Counted from the stretch's first letter, positions 1-10,549 are shown. The stretch is 64,000 nt of DNA from Chlamydiia bacterium (GCA_030427725.1 JAUICV010000001.1:605298-669297); one strand, 5' to 3'. Translations and numbers: made by a program. The notes: generated by a model not told the origin, from the letters alone.

Positions 1-837
1 TCAAGGGTTCATAAAGGTTTTGATTTGGAAATATATTCTAAATTTATCGCCAATGCTGCTATGTATATCTTCTTAGCTTGTTTTATAGGTCCCTTCATTG
101 GGTATTATCTTTATGACAATCTAAATTGGAGGTATATCTTTGGGTTTCTGCTTGTCTTGAATCTTTTTACCAACTCATTAGTTTCTATAGCATATATCGG
201 AACCAAAACTGAATACGTTTCCACAAACCCCATCAAAACAACTGCCAAAAACTTTTTTTCATTATTTGCCAATAGCTCTTACATGAAATATCTAGTTCCT
301 TGTTCAATAACCCTAGCTGGTTGTTATAGTTATTTTGCAATCTCTTCTCATATTTTAAAAAACTACCTAAGTTATAGCGCACTTAACCTGCTACTAATCA
401 ATGGTCTTGTTGTGGGGTGTTTTATTTTAGGAGGTCTTGTTGAAACTTTTTTAAAACAACGACTTAATCATCAGCTTAGGATCAAACTTACCTATCTTCC
501 ATTTTTAGCAGCATTGACTTTTTTCTTTATTTTTTCGTCCGATCTCAACTTTTCAACTTTAACGCTTTTATTACCGATTTGCCTGTTTACATTTGCTTCA
601 GGGATTTTATGTCCTTTAGCTCTTTCTTTGGCAAAAGAAGCTAGTGGAGATCTTAAGGTTGAAGGGGCTGCTATGCAGCCTTTCATGATCTTTATGTTTT
701 CAGGCATAGCATGTTTTATAGTTACAGCTTTAAATCTTTATGCGCCTTCTAGTTTGAATTTCTTTTATTGTGGAATTATAGCTACTGCTGCAGCTTTTTA
801 TTTTTTTTCAAAAAAACCTTCTAGAAAAATGAAATAA
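1..837 (+). CDS. MFS transporter, C-terminal part (5' end lies upstream of the window)
   Basis: Frame 1 is open from base 1 (SRVHKGFDLEIY...). Continuous run of hydrophobic helices, similar in style to the Bcr/CflA-type MFS at 3954-5165. Confidence 0.6.
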   Translation, partial: SRVHKGFDLEIYSKFIANAAMYIFLACFIGPFIGYYLYDNLNWRYIFGFLLVLNLFTNSLVSIAYIGTKTEYVSTNPIKTTAKNFFSLFANSSYMKYLVPCSITLAGCYSYFAISSHILKNYLSYSALNLLLINGLVVGCFILGGLVETFLKQRLNHQLRIKLTYLPFLAALTFFFIFSSDLNFSTLTLLLPICLFTFASGILCPLALSLAKEASGDLKVEGAAMQPFMIFMFSGIACFIVTALNLYAPSSLNFFYCGIIATAAAFYFFSKKPSRKMK

Positions 838-843
838 TCCCCT

Positions 844-2004
844 TTATCTACCTATCGGCAAAGAAAGTAGAGTTGGAAGCTGTTTTGCTTCATTTGATTG
901 AAGGCTATAAAGAAGTTGGAGTAGAACAAATGTTCTTTTAGAACATATGTCACTATTATCTATGTAGTACCAGAAATCGCGAAACCTGACAGCCACAAAA
1001 GCATGAGCTGGATAGCTACTACTATGATGAACTGTTAAAAGGCCTTTTAACATTTCTTGCCAGTCAAATACTGAGCCATCTTCATGACAAGCAACGGGAA
1101 CTGTACCTAATACCCTGTCTTTTTTGGGAATAGTTACTCCCAGGCTTAAATAATACATACAGCCAAGGATAGATCTTGGCATAAGCCCAAATCCTGCATC
1201 TTTACTAAATCCAAGATCGATATCTAAGACATATCTACCATTTTTTTTTCTTATACCATTTAACATCGAGGCTAATTTGTCTGAGCCTTGACCTTTAGAC
1301 GGAAAAACAATCCTCATTGAATTAAATCGATGTCTAAAATCTTTTTTGATATCTTCACAAGATTCTGAGTTTTTACCAGGTGTTTCATTATTTTCTGTTT
1401 CAACAACATTTGAACCTACGTGCAGATCACCATCTAACTGAAACTCTCTCATTAATTTAGTCATTTCAAAAAACATCTTGTAATCAGGAACTTGATCTGG
1501 GATAGGTCCTGCTGCAGTAGGCGCGTTATGAATGTCATCAAAACTTTGTATCGTCAACTTAAAAACTCTATCGATATCCCAACCTGATAAAATCAAATGC
1601 TGAATCGTTAATATGTCAATTGGTCTTAAAAGTTGAGTCGCAAAAGCCTGCCCTTCTAGCGGAGAGTACTGAATAGTTGGTTGATTCTGCCATAAGAACT
1701 GCCCTCCAAGCTCTGCTGGATTGCTACTATTAAATCCTGGAATTGGGAACAAAGGGCTAGCTTTTGTACTATAGGTAAATTGTGTTGTTATTGTGTTTAC
1801 ATCTAGAAAATAAGGACTTTCACAAAAACGAAGTCTAACAAGATTTAAGAGCATTTGCTCACTTGTTGTCATTTGAAGAGTTGTATTGTATGAATTCCTT
1901 CCTCCTTTACCACCAAGAGCTACTTTTGAAGGAACACTACACGATGATAAAAAAAGGAGCACAAAAACAAATAAACAACACAAGCTGTTTTTTCTAAGTT
2001 CCAT
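844..2004 (-). CDS. hypothetical lipoprotein
   Basis: 386-aa ORF. N-terminal signal peptide with lipobox (LLFLSS|C). No family recognised. Confidence 0.55.
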   Translation of the reverse strand: MELRKNSLCCLFVFVLLFLSSCSVPSKVALGGKGGRNSYNTTLQMTTSEQMLLNLVRLRFCESPYFLDVNTITTQFTYSTKASPLFPIPGFNSSNPAELGGQFLWQNQPTIQYSPLEGQAFATQLLRPIDILTIQHLILSGWDIDRVFKLTIQSFDDIHNAPTAAGPIPDQVPDYKMFFEMTKLMREFQLDGDLHVGSNVVETENNETPGKNSESCEDIKKDFRHRFNSMRIVFPSKGQGSDKLASMLNGIRKKNGRYVLDIDLGFSKDAGFGLMPRSILGCMYYLSLGVTIPKKDRVLGTVPVACHEDGSVFDWQEMLKGLLTVHHSSSYPAHAFVAVRFRDFWYYIDNSDICSKRTFVLLQLLYSLQSNEAKQLPTLLSLPIGR

Positions 2005-2192
2005 TTCATCACCTCTCTTCCTATTTTTTTATAAATAATTAGTTGAATTTTTTACATCAACAAAAAAACTCACAAACACCTCTAACACTAACCTAATAAA
2101 AAAAATTATACACAGTTAATTTATGGACTTATAACAAACGAATGTTTAAACTGTTTCTTTTTTTGTATTAAAAAACGATCTAAGAGACAACT

Positions 2193-3521
2193 ATGACAAG
2201 TATTTCAGCACAAAACAACCCTAGTCACCAAGCTCAATTAGCCTGCGTAACATCAGGAAATCCACTCTCACATTTTTTGTCGCAAGCAGGTGCTGAGGTT
2301 TTTGAAAGTATTTCAGGTCTATTGAACGAAAGTGATATTCAAAATCTTTCTAATTTAAGCCAAGCTATTAACAACGCTGTTCATAGAAACATTAAACAAA
2401 CATTATATCCTTCGTTGGAAGGATTTGTGATTATAATGAACGAGATTTTCTCCTCTCAAGTTCATGACACTTTTCGATCCGACTTACAAAATGCATGGCG
2501 CACAATTAACCAAACGACAGATTCTGCTCAACAATGCCAAGAAATTAAGAAAGTCAAACAAATAGCTGATCAACATCTAAAACAACTTTCCTTGAATAGT
2601 CTAAACTCTTTAGTTGAAAAGGTAGCAAAAAGACGTTTTCCTCAAGCTGAAGAAACTTCTGGGAATTTCCTCTCAATTGCTGATTTCTCCCCAATCTATA
2701 GAAGACTAGAACAAATACAAGTCTTAAAAGAACAAACAGAACCTTTACAATCTCTGACAACCGATTTGCACTTTAGAGAGAATATTTCTATAGCATCACC
2801 AAGATTTGTTGCTGATTTACAAAGTACTGTAAATTATTTTAATAGTGGTTTTTATCAAGCTGGCTTTGAGGCTGCAAAAACATTCAAAAGAGCGAAAAAC
2901 CGAAATCAATCTATTTTAAATATGGTTGATCAAATATGCAGAAAAGAAAACCCAACAACACCAGAGCTTCTTCAAGCACTAGAGTTTTCTTATCACATTT
3001 CTGAAAAAAGGTTGCGAGAAGAGGCTCAATGTGTAATTTTCCAATACAAAATATACAACGAAATACCATCAACTACTGCGCAATTTAATCAAAAATATGA
3101 TCAATTATTAACTCTCTTACAAGCTTTTAGGTTTAATCCACAGACAAAAAGAAATAATACTGCAGAAAATAAAAAACTTTTTAAAGAGCAAAAAGCTGAG
3201 TTTGCTATGAAAGTTATTAAGCGAGGATGTGAAGAAAGAGCTCAATTTCAGGATTTGAATTTCACTCAATCATCCAAAATTCTGATGACTAACCCAGATT
3301 TTGGAGAAGATGCAATCCCCCTATTGAGAGCTAAAAATTTTCCAGCTCTAACAACACATATAACTGAAAATTTTTCTCCTCGCTGGAAGTTAATTATTAT
3401 TGACGCCTTAGTACAGTTTGTTGTTCACGATCAAAGCGATCTAAAAAACGCTTTTTTCACATACTACTCTAAACAACCTTTATTAGGGTGTCTATTGCAA
3501 AGACAAACAAGCTCTTCTTGA
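2193..3521 (+). CDS. hypothetical soluble protein (no TM segment, Q/N/S-rich N-terminus); possible secreted effector
   Basis: 442-aa ORF after a long AT-rich upstream region. No recognisable motifs. Confidence 0.5.
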   Translation: MTSISAQNNPSHQAQLACVTSGNPLSHFLSQAGAEVFESISGLLNESDIQNLSNLSQAINNAVHRNIKQTLYPSLEGFVIIMNEIFSSQVHDTFRSDLQNAWRTINQTTDSAQQCQEIKKVKQIADQHLKQLSLNSLNSLVEKVAKRRFPQAEETSGNFLSIADFSPIYRRLEQIQVLKEQTEPLQSLTTDLHFRENISIASPRFVADLQSTVNYFNSGFYQAGFEAAKTFKRAKNRNQSILNMVDQICRKENPTTPELLQALEFSYHISEKRLREEAQCVIFQYKIYNEIPSTTAQFNQKYDQLLTLLQAFRFNPQTKRNNTAENKKLFKEQKAEFAMKVIKRGCEERAQFQDLNFTQSSKILMTNPDFGEDAIPLLRAKNFPALTTHITENFSPRWKLIIIDALVQFVVHDQSDLKNAFFTYYSKQPLLGCLLQRQTSSS

Positions 3522-3568
3522 GCTCAATATTATCTTTTGGTAAAGGTAAAAGAGACCAGGAGAGTTAA

Positions 3569-3919
3569 ATGATATTTTTCTTTTTCAGAATTTTATTCAC
3601 TGCGATAGCGGTTGTTGTATCAGCCTATTACATTCCAGAGATAAGAATTAAAGACTTTAGTGATTGCGTAATTTTTGGGCTAATTGTTGGGCTTATAAAC
3701 GCTACAGTAAGACCTATTTTAATCTTCATCACCCTTCCGATTAATTTTTTTACACTAGGTCTTTTTTCCTTAGTCATCAATATCTTTACTTATTGGCTTG
3801 CTGCAGAGATTTCCTATGGTGTCCATATTTTAGATTTTTGGGGAGCTTTTTGGGGAGGCTTAGTTATTTGGATTATAGGCATCCTAACTAACAGATATCT
3901 TTGGAAAAAAGAACTATAG
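3569..3919 (+). CDS. small 4-TM membrane protein, phage-holin-4/DUF360 (YvlD)-like
   Basis: 116 aa, almost entirely hydrophobic helices. SD-like aggag upstream. Followed by a 15-bp-stem terminator. Confidence 0.45.
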   Translation: MIFFFFRILFTAIAVVVSAYYIPEIRIKDFSDCVIFGLIVGLINATVRPILIFITLPINFFTLGLFSLVINIFTYWLAAEISYGVHILDFWGAFWGGLVIWIIGILTNRYLWKKEL

Positions 3920-3929
3920 TTTCAAAACT

Positions 3930-3967
3930 AAAATCCTAATATTTTATTAAATATTAGGATTTTTTTT
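3930..3967. terminator. bidirectional rho-independent terminator shared by convergent genes
   Basis: Perfect 15-bp stem (3930-3944 / 3949-3963), 4-nt loop, T7 run on +, T-run on -. The stop codon of the minus-strand MFS gene (3954-3956) lies inside the stem. Confidence 0.7.
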
Positions 3968-5165
3968 CATTTGATTGGCGAGAGTAAATTCGGTACAAAA
4001 ACAACGCCAAAATAGCTAAAGCTAAAAATACACTTGGCATAACTATTGGCTCGACAGTATCCGGGAAGCTAATAAATACAACAAAGAACGCACATACAGA
4101 TAAATTTATAAAATTGATAATCGCAGATGTTGAGGCCTTATTTTCATTGCTATGCATAGACAAAGTCAATACGTTTGCTTCGATGATGGGCTGACCTATT
4201 AAAGCTATCGTAAAGGGAATAAATAACGTATAGACATTTACCAAATTGAAAATAAAGAGCCCAAATAAAGGGATAGCGCCAAAAAAGACCAAAACCAAAG
4301 CTAGCTTGATTAATGTTAACGAATGATAATATTTCGACAGATATGCAGAGCACAATGAACCTAGAATTATCCCAAGAGATGGAATCAAGTTTAATGCTCC
4401 GTATTGAGATGGTGTTAACCCTAACACTTCAATACCTATAAATGGTGCAATTGTTGCAAAAATATAGCTAAATGAAACAACGCATCCTATCAGGATCGAT
4501 CCAGATAAGATTTTTTTACATTTGAATTTTGATGAATATTCTTTACAAATGTTTGGGATTTTAATCGCGTGATTATCTTTTTTTAGAGCTGTTTCAGGTA
4601 GTTTTTTTGTTAAGTAGATCAAAACTAAACAATAGACAAATAGAAAGTAAAAACAACTCTCCCAAGTGAGATATTGCGTTAAAAAACCACCAATAGTAAT
4701 CCCTATGCTAGGTCCAATGGCAAAAGCTAAAGTTAAATAAGAAGCAACTTGTGCACTTTTAGGAGGCTTATAAAAGTCTCCTACCATTGTAAAAATCACT
4801 TGCAACCCAACTGAGGCACCGAGTGCAAAGACAAATCTAGACACAACAAGAAGCCAGAAATAACTAGTATAACCAGAAAGAGCACCGACCAAAGCTCCAA
4901 TAGCAGCAACAAAAAGGCCTAGCTTAATTGCAGATTTTCTGCCAAAGGCGTTAGAAATCGGTCCAAATGGAAGTTGACCAAGAGCATAACCAATTAAATA
5001 ACAAGTCATCGTTAATTCAGAGCGGTCACTTGTTATTTTAAAATGCTCAGTGATTGCTGGGAGCGCTGGAGAGTATAATACCCCTCCAATGGTTCCTATG
5101 CAAATGAGTAGAAGCATAAGATACATAGGAGGCTCTTGTGGAGAGCTTTTGGACTCTGCTTTCAT
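3954..5165 (-). CDS. MFS transporter, Bcr/CflA drug-resistance-like
   Basis: 403 aa, 12 predicted TM helices, N-terminal LPAI...F motif region typical of Bcr/CflA. Start ATG overlaps the aconitase stop (TAATG). Confidence 0.7.
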   Translation of the reverse strand: MKAESKSSPQEPPMYLMLLLICIGTIGGVLYSPALPAITEHFKITSDRSELTMTCYLIGYALGQLPFGPISNAFGRKSAIKLGLFVAAIGALVGALSGYTSYFWLLVVSRFVFALGASVGLQVIFTMVGDFYKPPKSAQVASYLTLAFAIGPSIGITIGGFLTQYLTWESCFYFLFVYCLVLIYLTKKLPETALKKDNHAIKIPNICKEYSSKFKCKKILSGSILIGCVVSFSYIFATIAPFIGIEVLGLTPSQYGALNLIPSLGIILGSLCSAYLSKYYHSLTLIKLALVLVFFGAIPLFGLFIFNLVNVYTLFIPFTIALIGQPIIEANVLTLSMHSNENKASTSAIINFINLSVCAFFVVFISFPDTVEPIVMPSVFLALAILALFLYRIYSRQSNEKKS

Positions 5166-7099
5166 TAATTATGCTTTTCTAAAATAATGTTAATCAAACT
5201 TCCAGCTAAAATAGACTCTTTTTGTCTTTCTGTCAGATCTAAAACAGCCTTAAAAGATGTATTTTTAGTCTTATTAATAACTTCTACACTGTTTCCAGAT
5301 TGGACAGCTTTTTTTACATCTTTAATCTCTAAAACATCGTTTTGATCTATTCCATCGTAATCAGCTTTATTTTCAAAAGTAAGGGGTAAGATTCCAAAGT
5401 TAATAAGATTTTTTCTGTGGATTCTAGCGTAACTTTTAGCAATGACAGCTTTCACACCTAAATACCTAGGAGCTATTGCGGCATGCTCTCTAGAAGACCC
5501 TTGACCGTAATTTTCTCCTCCCACAATCATTGAACCGGATGATTGATGCTCCATGGCTCTGTCATAATAAGTTTCATCAACTTGGTAATAGGTAAACTTA
5601 CTAATTTCTGGGATATTACTTCTAAATGGCAGTACCTTTGTTCCTGCTGGCAAAATCTCATCTGTAGAAACATTGTCACCAGTTTTTAAAAGAGCTGGTC
5701 CTTCTATGTGGTCTGATAAGGATTCAAATTTTGGCAGAGGTTTAATGTTTGGCCCCATAATAAGCTCGTGCTTATGACCATCTTTCACAGGAGGTGTTAA
5801 ACACTCCACAATCTCTATCTGATCAGGCTCTTTAAATTTAGGATATTCCATCTCTAAAGTTCTTGGATCTGTGATAACTCCAGTTAAAGCAGCAGCTGCT
5901 GCTGTCTCAGGACTACACAGGTAGACTTGGTCTTCTTTTGTTCCTGATCTTCCTGGAAAATTTCTAGGAACTGTTCGTAAGCTGATTTTGTTAGTTGCTG
6001 GAGCCTGCCCCATTCCTATACATCCATTACATCCAGCTTGGTGGACTCTGGCTCCAGCTCTTACTAAGTCATTTAGGAAGCCAAAGTTTGCTAAGTTTTC
6101 TAGGTTTTGTCTTGAACTTGGGTTGATGTCAAAAGAAACCTGATCTTGAGTTCTTCGGCCCTTAACCATCATTGCAGGGATAGCAAAATCTCTATATGCA
6201 GGGTTAGCAGAAGATCCGATCATTGCTTGAAAGACAGGTTTCCCAGCAACTTTTGAAACCTCAACCACATTACCTGGGCTACTTGGACAAGCAATAAGTG
6301 GAACAAGTTTTGACAGATCAATCTCTTCATGCTCATCATAAGTCGCATCTTCATCAGCGACAAGCTCTACCCAATCTTTTTCTCTACCATGAACTTTTAA
6401 AAAGCGTTTCACTTCTTCATCTGATGGAAAAACGCTTGTTGTCGCTCCAAGCTCTGCTCCCATATTAGCTATAACATGTCTATCCATAGCGCTTAAGTTT
6501 TTTAATCCAGGCCCGTAATACTCGATGACCTTACCAACACCACCTGACACATCATGACGACGTAAAAGCTCTAAAATTACATCTTTTGCGCTGATCCAAT
6601 CAGGAAGCTCTCCCGTCAACTTAACTCCCCAGACCTTAGGCATGTTAACATAAAATGGCTCTCCAGCTATTGCTAAAGCTACTTCCAATCCTCCCGTTCC
6701 GATCGCAAGCATTCCTAAACTTCCTGCTGCTGGGGTATGGCTGTCAGAGCCTACCATAGTTTTTCCAGAAACACCTAAATTTTCCATGTGAACCGGATGC
6801 GACACTCCATTTCCTGGTTTACTAAACCATAATCCAAATTTTCTGCAGGCGCTCCACAAAAATAGGTGGTCATCAGGGTTTTTGAAGTCATTTTGAATAA
6901 TGTTGTGATCAACATATTGACAAGAGACTTCAGTTTTGGGTTCTTTTAATCCCATAGCATCTAACTCTAGCATGACCATTGTTCCAGTAGCATCTTGAGT
7001 GAGCGTCTGATCAATTTTTATAGCGATCTCTTCACCCGGGTTCATTTCCCCAGATACTAAGTGAGATTTGATTAGTTTTTGAGTAACATTGAGTCCCAT
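5165..7099 (-). CDS. aconitate hydratase, short (~645 aa) aconitase-family enzyme
   Basis: Fe-S ligand motifs GSDSHT and CNGCIGMGQAP. Swivel-domain motif GENYGQGSSREHAA. The length fits the short 'Aquifex-type' aconitases rather than AcnA/AcnB. Confidence 0.8.
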   Translation of the reverse strand: MGLNVTQKLIKSHLVSGEMNPGEEIAIKIDQTLTQDATGTMVMLELDAMGLKEPKTEVSCQYVDHNIIQNDFKNPDDHLFLWSACRKFGLWFSKPGNGVSHPVHMENLGVSGKTMVGSDSHTPAAGSLGMLAIGTGGLEVALAIAGEPFYVNMPKVWGVKLTGELPDWISAKDVILELLRRHDVSGGVGKVIEYYGPGLKNLSAMDRHVIANMGAELGATTSVFPSDEEVKRFLKVHGREKDWVELVADEDATYDEHEEIDLSKLVPLIACPSSPGNVVEVSKVAGKPVFQAMIGSSANPAYRDFAIPAMMVKGRRTQDQVSFDINPSSRQNLENLANFGFLNDLVRAGARVHQAGCNGCIGMGQAPATNKISLRTVPRNFPGRSGTKEDQVYLCSPETAAAAALTGVITDPRTLEMEYPKFKEPDQIEIVECLTPPVKDGHKHELIMGPNIKPLPKFESLSDHIEGPALLKTGDNVSTDEILPAGTKVLPFRSNIPEISKFTYYQVDETYYDRAMEHQSSGSMIVGGENYGQGSSREHAAIAPRYLGVKAVIAKSYARIHRKNLINFGILPLTFENKADYDGIDQNDVLEIKDVKKAVQSGNSVEVINKTKNTSFKAVLDLTERQKESILAGSLINIILEKHN

Positions 7100-7282
7100 A
7101 TGAACAACCTAAATTATCTATTTTACATGCCAGGAAAAAAGGCAGTTTTTCACGCCTGTCCCAAGTTTGTAAATTACGTTAATTTCGATTTTGTGTCTAA
7201 AAAATTTTGAGCTTTTAAGTATGATTTGTTTTGTAGGAGGATTTTTAGAGTTTGTATATAATTACGTCCTCACATTAAGGCT

Positions 7283-8296
7283 TTGAAAATGTTAGACGAA
7301 AGAATTTTGAAAGGTCATATTGATCCAAGCTTAAATTTATTTTCCAGAATTCATAAAAGTTTATGCCTATCATCGAAAAACGCCCACGTTTTTATAAAAC
7401 GAGACGATGAACTAAGCGCTATGATCTCAGGATCAAAATATAGAAAATACGCGGGGTTACTGCCTTTTTTGAAAAATCAAAAAATTAAAAATTGTATTCT
7501 AATGGGATCAAGCTTTTCTAATCATCTAGTTGGATTTCCTCAACTCCTTATCGAAAACAACATCACTCCCTACACTGTAACACTTTCAAGAACTTATCAA
7601 AAAGAAGTTGGAAACTTGGTGTATCTTAAAAGCATCATCCCCTCTTCTAACCGTTTGGAACTTCCCTCAGATCTTTGGTCAAATCGAGTGGAAATATCAA
7701 AAAAATATTTTTCTGATTTAGTCGATTCGTTTATTTTAGATGAGGGAGGAGAAAGCCCTTTTTCTATATTAGGAGCTATGTCAATTGCGTTAGACTTGCA
7801 AAAACAGGGTCCCTTTGATCACATTTTTGTTGATGTAGGCTCTGGTTTATCTGCAATTGGACTATTGATTGGATTAAATTTTGTATCCTATACACCTTTA
7901 GTTCATGTTGTATCGATGGCTATTAGCAATGAGCAGTTCGAAAACAAGTATAATGATTACTTAAAGAAGCTTGAAGGTCTTCTCTCATTTCCTTTGAGGA
8001 AATATAAGTACACATTTGAGCATGCAGTTCCCAAATCTTTTGGATCAACCTCCCCTACCCTTTTTAAGAAAATCATCAATGTAGTAAGGTCTGAAGGAGT
8101 GTTTTTTGATCCGCTATATGGGATTAAACTATATGGATCGGCTGAAAAGTTTATCGAAACATCGAATGGAAAAATTTTGATCATTCACTCAGGAGGAGTA
8201 CAATCTCTATCCGGATTTCAAGAGCAGTTAAAAAAAGCTATAACTCAAGAGGAGAAGACCTTTTTTTCCAATAGTAAGGACCATAGTCATAAGTAA
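7283..8296 (+). CDS. PLP-dependent ACC deaminase / D-cysteine desulfhydrase family protein
   Basis: IKRDDELS..SGSKYRKY (PLP-lysine motif like KRDD..GGNKxRK) and C-terminal IIHSGG. TTG start at 7283, ATG at 7289. Confidence 0.6.
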   Translation: MKMLDERILKGHIDPSLNLFSRIHKSLCLSSKNAHVFIKRDDELSAMISGSKYRKYAGLLPFLKNQKIKNCILMGSSFSNHLVGFPQLLIENNITPYTVTLSRTYQKEVGNLVYLKSIIPSSNRLELPSDLWSNRVEISKKYFSDLVDSFILDEGGESPFSILGAMSIALDLQKQGPFDHIFVDVGSGLSAIGLLIGLNFVSYTPLVHVVSMAISNEQFENKYNDYLKKLEGLLSFPLRKYKYTFEHAVPKSFGSTSPTLFKKIINVVRSEGVFFDPLYGIKLYGSAEKFIETSNGKILIIHSGGVQSLSGFQEQLKKAITQEEKTFFSNSKDHSHK

Positions 8297-9092
8297 GTTG
8301 TGATCCTTTAGGAATGAATTGTGTTGCATACAAGATAATATGACAAATTCCTTTTGAAATCATCCAAGTAGAGTTTAGGTTAGGACTGTCATTATGGTTA
8401 ATAAAACGCGTAAAATTCCCCTGGTATTGAGCATCAATGACAAATGGAGTCTCTAAAGGCCCGCAGACATACCCAAAAATATAATCATTCGAAAGATCTT
8501 TTTTAGACTGTCTTCTTTTTACAACTCCAGTATAGCTTCCTACATAACTGTATTGAGCGATATCCTCTTTTGCAAATAATCCATATCCCACAATTGGATC
8601 TATCCATTTGACAAAGACCTTTGGATGCTTATGGGCAATGTGTTCTTTTTCATGCATACAAACAGTCCAATGATTTTTCCACTTGTTGGAAATATCTTTC
8701 AGGACTTTATGGCATTTTCTAGTCGTCCACTTCAAAAACCTAGGGTTTTTAAAAGTCAAATGGTCACTATATTGAAATTTAAAATGTTTGAGTATTTGAT
8801 CTTTATCAAAAAGTTCAAAGCGCTTTTCTTTAGTTAGATAGATTTCTAGACCAGAAAAGCTCTCCTTTTGTTTCACTTCATGCCTTCCGAGCAAAATCGC
8901 TAGCTCAACTGGCGTTAACCCGTAATGATTGACCTTTTTATAATCACCTTCACACGCCTTAAAATGGTCCATATGATTATATAGGGCACTTAAATGTGCG
9001 AGTGTATTCCCATCCTTGTCTCGATAAGAAGCGTCATTATATTTCTTTATAAGCCTTTCAAAGGATTTTGATGATTTGATCGACGAAATCAT
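8238..9092 (-). CDS. ankyrin-repeat + SET-domain protein lysine methyltransferase (eukaryote-like)
   Basis: ANK repeats (DKDGNTLAHLSALYNH, NHYGLTPVELAILLGRHEV). SET motifs GYGLFA, RFINHNDSPNLN, GSQLTYDYG. Confidence 0.8.
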   Translation of the reverse strand: MISSIKSSKSFERLIKKYNDASYRDKDGNTLAHLSALYNHMDHFKACEGDYKKVNHYGLTPVELAILLGRHEVKQKESFSGLEIYLTKEKRFELFDKDQILKHFKFQYSDHLTFKNPRFLKWTTRKCHKVLKDISNKWKNHWTVCMHEKEHIAHKHPKVFVKWIDPIVGYGLFAKEDIAQYSYVGSYTGVVKRRQSKKDLSNDYIFGYVCGPLETPFVIDAQYQGNFTRFINHNDSPNLNSTWMISKGICHIILYATQFIPKGSQLTYDYGPYYWKKRSSPLEL

Positions 9093-9139
9093 GCCAGATG
9101 TTTGTTTTTTTGGATAAAGTTGTCTTTATATATTCAGGG

Positions 9140-10549
9140 TTAAAAAATACCAAGTAGTTTCCACCAAAAACCTCCGACACCCATCCAAATGATAATGTTG
9201 ATCAATCCGAAAATAAATCCGAATTTCCACCACGCTCCAATTTTAACGTACCCAGCGCCAAATAAGATTGGAGCAGGTCCGCACCCATAATGTGTTAATC
9301 CACCAAATAAAGAGCTGAAAAAACATAGAACCAGTGCTGCGTAGCCTGCAGGTGCCCCAAGAGCGACACTTAAGAAAAGAAAAGGAGCGAACATCGAGCC
9401 AATATGAGCTACGTTACTAGCAAAGAAATAGTGACTAAAGAAATAAACGATCGACAGAATGAAAAAACCGAGTCTCCAATCAAGTGATTTTAAATGCGAA
9501 ACAACCCATTGACTAAACCATTCAGTTAATCCAAACTTACTCATAAACGCTGCCATAGTTATTAAGACAGAAAACCAAATAAGAGTATTCCAAGCGCCTT
9601 TTTCCTTAATGATTTCATCCCAGGTTAGAACTTGAGTTATCATCAAAAAGACAAGACCTAACATAGCAGCTGTTGTAGCATTCATCTTTATAGTTGCACC
9701 GAAGGTCCAAAGCCCTATAAGAATGACAAAGACAAAAAGCATGATCCACTCTTTTGAGCTCATCTTACCAAGTTCTTTAAGTTTGCTTTTAGCAAAATCC
9801 TTTGCATCAGGAGTGCTTTTTAATTCTGGCGGATAGGCTTTGTAAAGAATAAATGGGATCAAAAGAAGGCTAATAAGACCTGGAACAGAGGCTGCAATAG
9901 CCCAGGTTCCCCAACTTAAATTGACACCAACTTCTCTTGCCATATCAGCTACAAGAGGATTTCCAGCCATCGAAGTTAAAAACATAGCGCTCGTTACTAT
10001 AGCTGCTTGAAATGAAACCATAAACAAAAACGAACCCACCTTTTTAGGGTGAGAGTGAGGCTCTGATCCAAAAGCTTTACAAAGCGAGGACACGACAGGG
10101 AAAATGATGCCTCCAGATCTTGCTGTAAGACTTGGAATAGCTGGAGCCATAACGAGGTCTGTAGCTACGATTCCATAAGCAAGTCCAAGAGTACTACTTC
10201 CAAGTAAACTGATCACTCCATATGCTAGCCTGGATCCAAGACCTGTTTTGATAAACCCTCTAGCTATGAAAAAGGCAATGACGATAAGCCAAACAATGTT
10301 GTGACTAAATCCACTAAAGGCTTCAGCCATCGTAAGTGTTCTTGTAGCAATCATTAAAGTAAGGCCTATAAACGCCATAGCACCCATAGGAAGAGGTTTT
10401 AAGATGATCCCTAAAACTGTAAACACAAAAATTGCAAAGAGTTCCCACGCTTGGGATGAGACTCCTTCAGGTGGAGAAGAAAACCAGATTAGCAATCCTG
10501 CTACAACTGCTATCAAAAACGAAAAAACATCTTTATACTTGGAAAACAT
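9140..10549 (-). CDS. DASS (SLC13-like) anion/dicarboxylate transporter, 2-oxoglutarate/malate translocator-like
   Basis: 469 aa polytopic membrane protein with the DASS-type layout and duplicated hairpin-like regions (..SGGIIFPV.. / ..HIGSMFAPF..). Confidence 0.7.
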   Translation of the reverse strand: MFSKYKDVFSFLIAVVAGLLIWFSSPPEGVSSQAWELFAIFVFTVLGIILKPLPMGAMAFIGLTLMIATRTLTMAEAFSGFSHNIVWLIVIAFFIARGFIKTGLGSRLAYGVISLLGSSTLGLAYGIVATDLVMAPAIPSLTARSGGIIFPVVSSLCKAFGSEPHSHPKKVGSFLFMVSFQAAIVTSAMFLTSMAGNPLVADMAREVGVNLSWGTWAIAASVPGLISLLLIPFILYKAYPPELKSTPDAKDFAKSKLKELGKMSSKEWIMLFVFVILIGLWTFGATIKMNATTAAMLGLVFLMITQVLTWDEIIKEKGAWNTLIWFSVLITMAAFMSKFGLTEWFSQWVVSHLKSLDWRLGFFILSIVYFFSHYFFASNVAHIGSMFAPFLFLSVALGAPAGYAALVLCFFSSLFGGLTHYGCGPAPILFGAGYVKIGAWWKFGFIFGLINIIIWMGVGGFWWKLLGIF

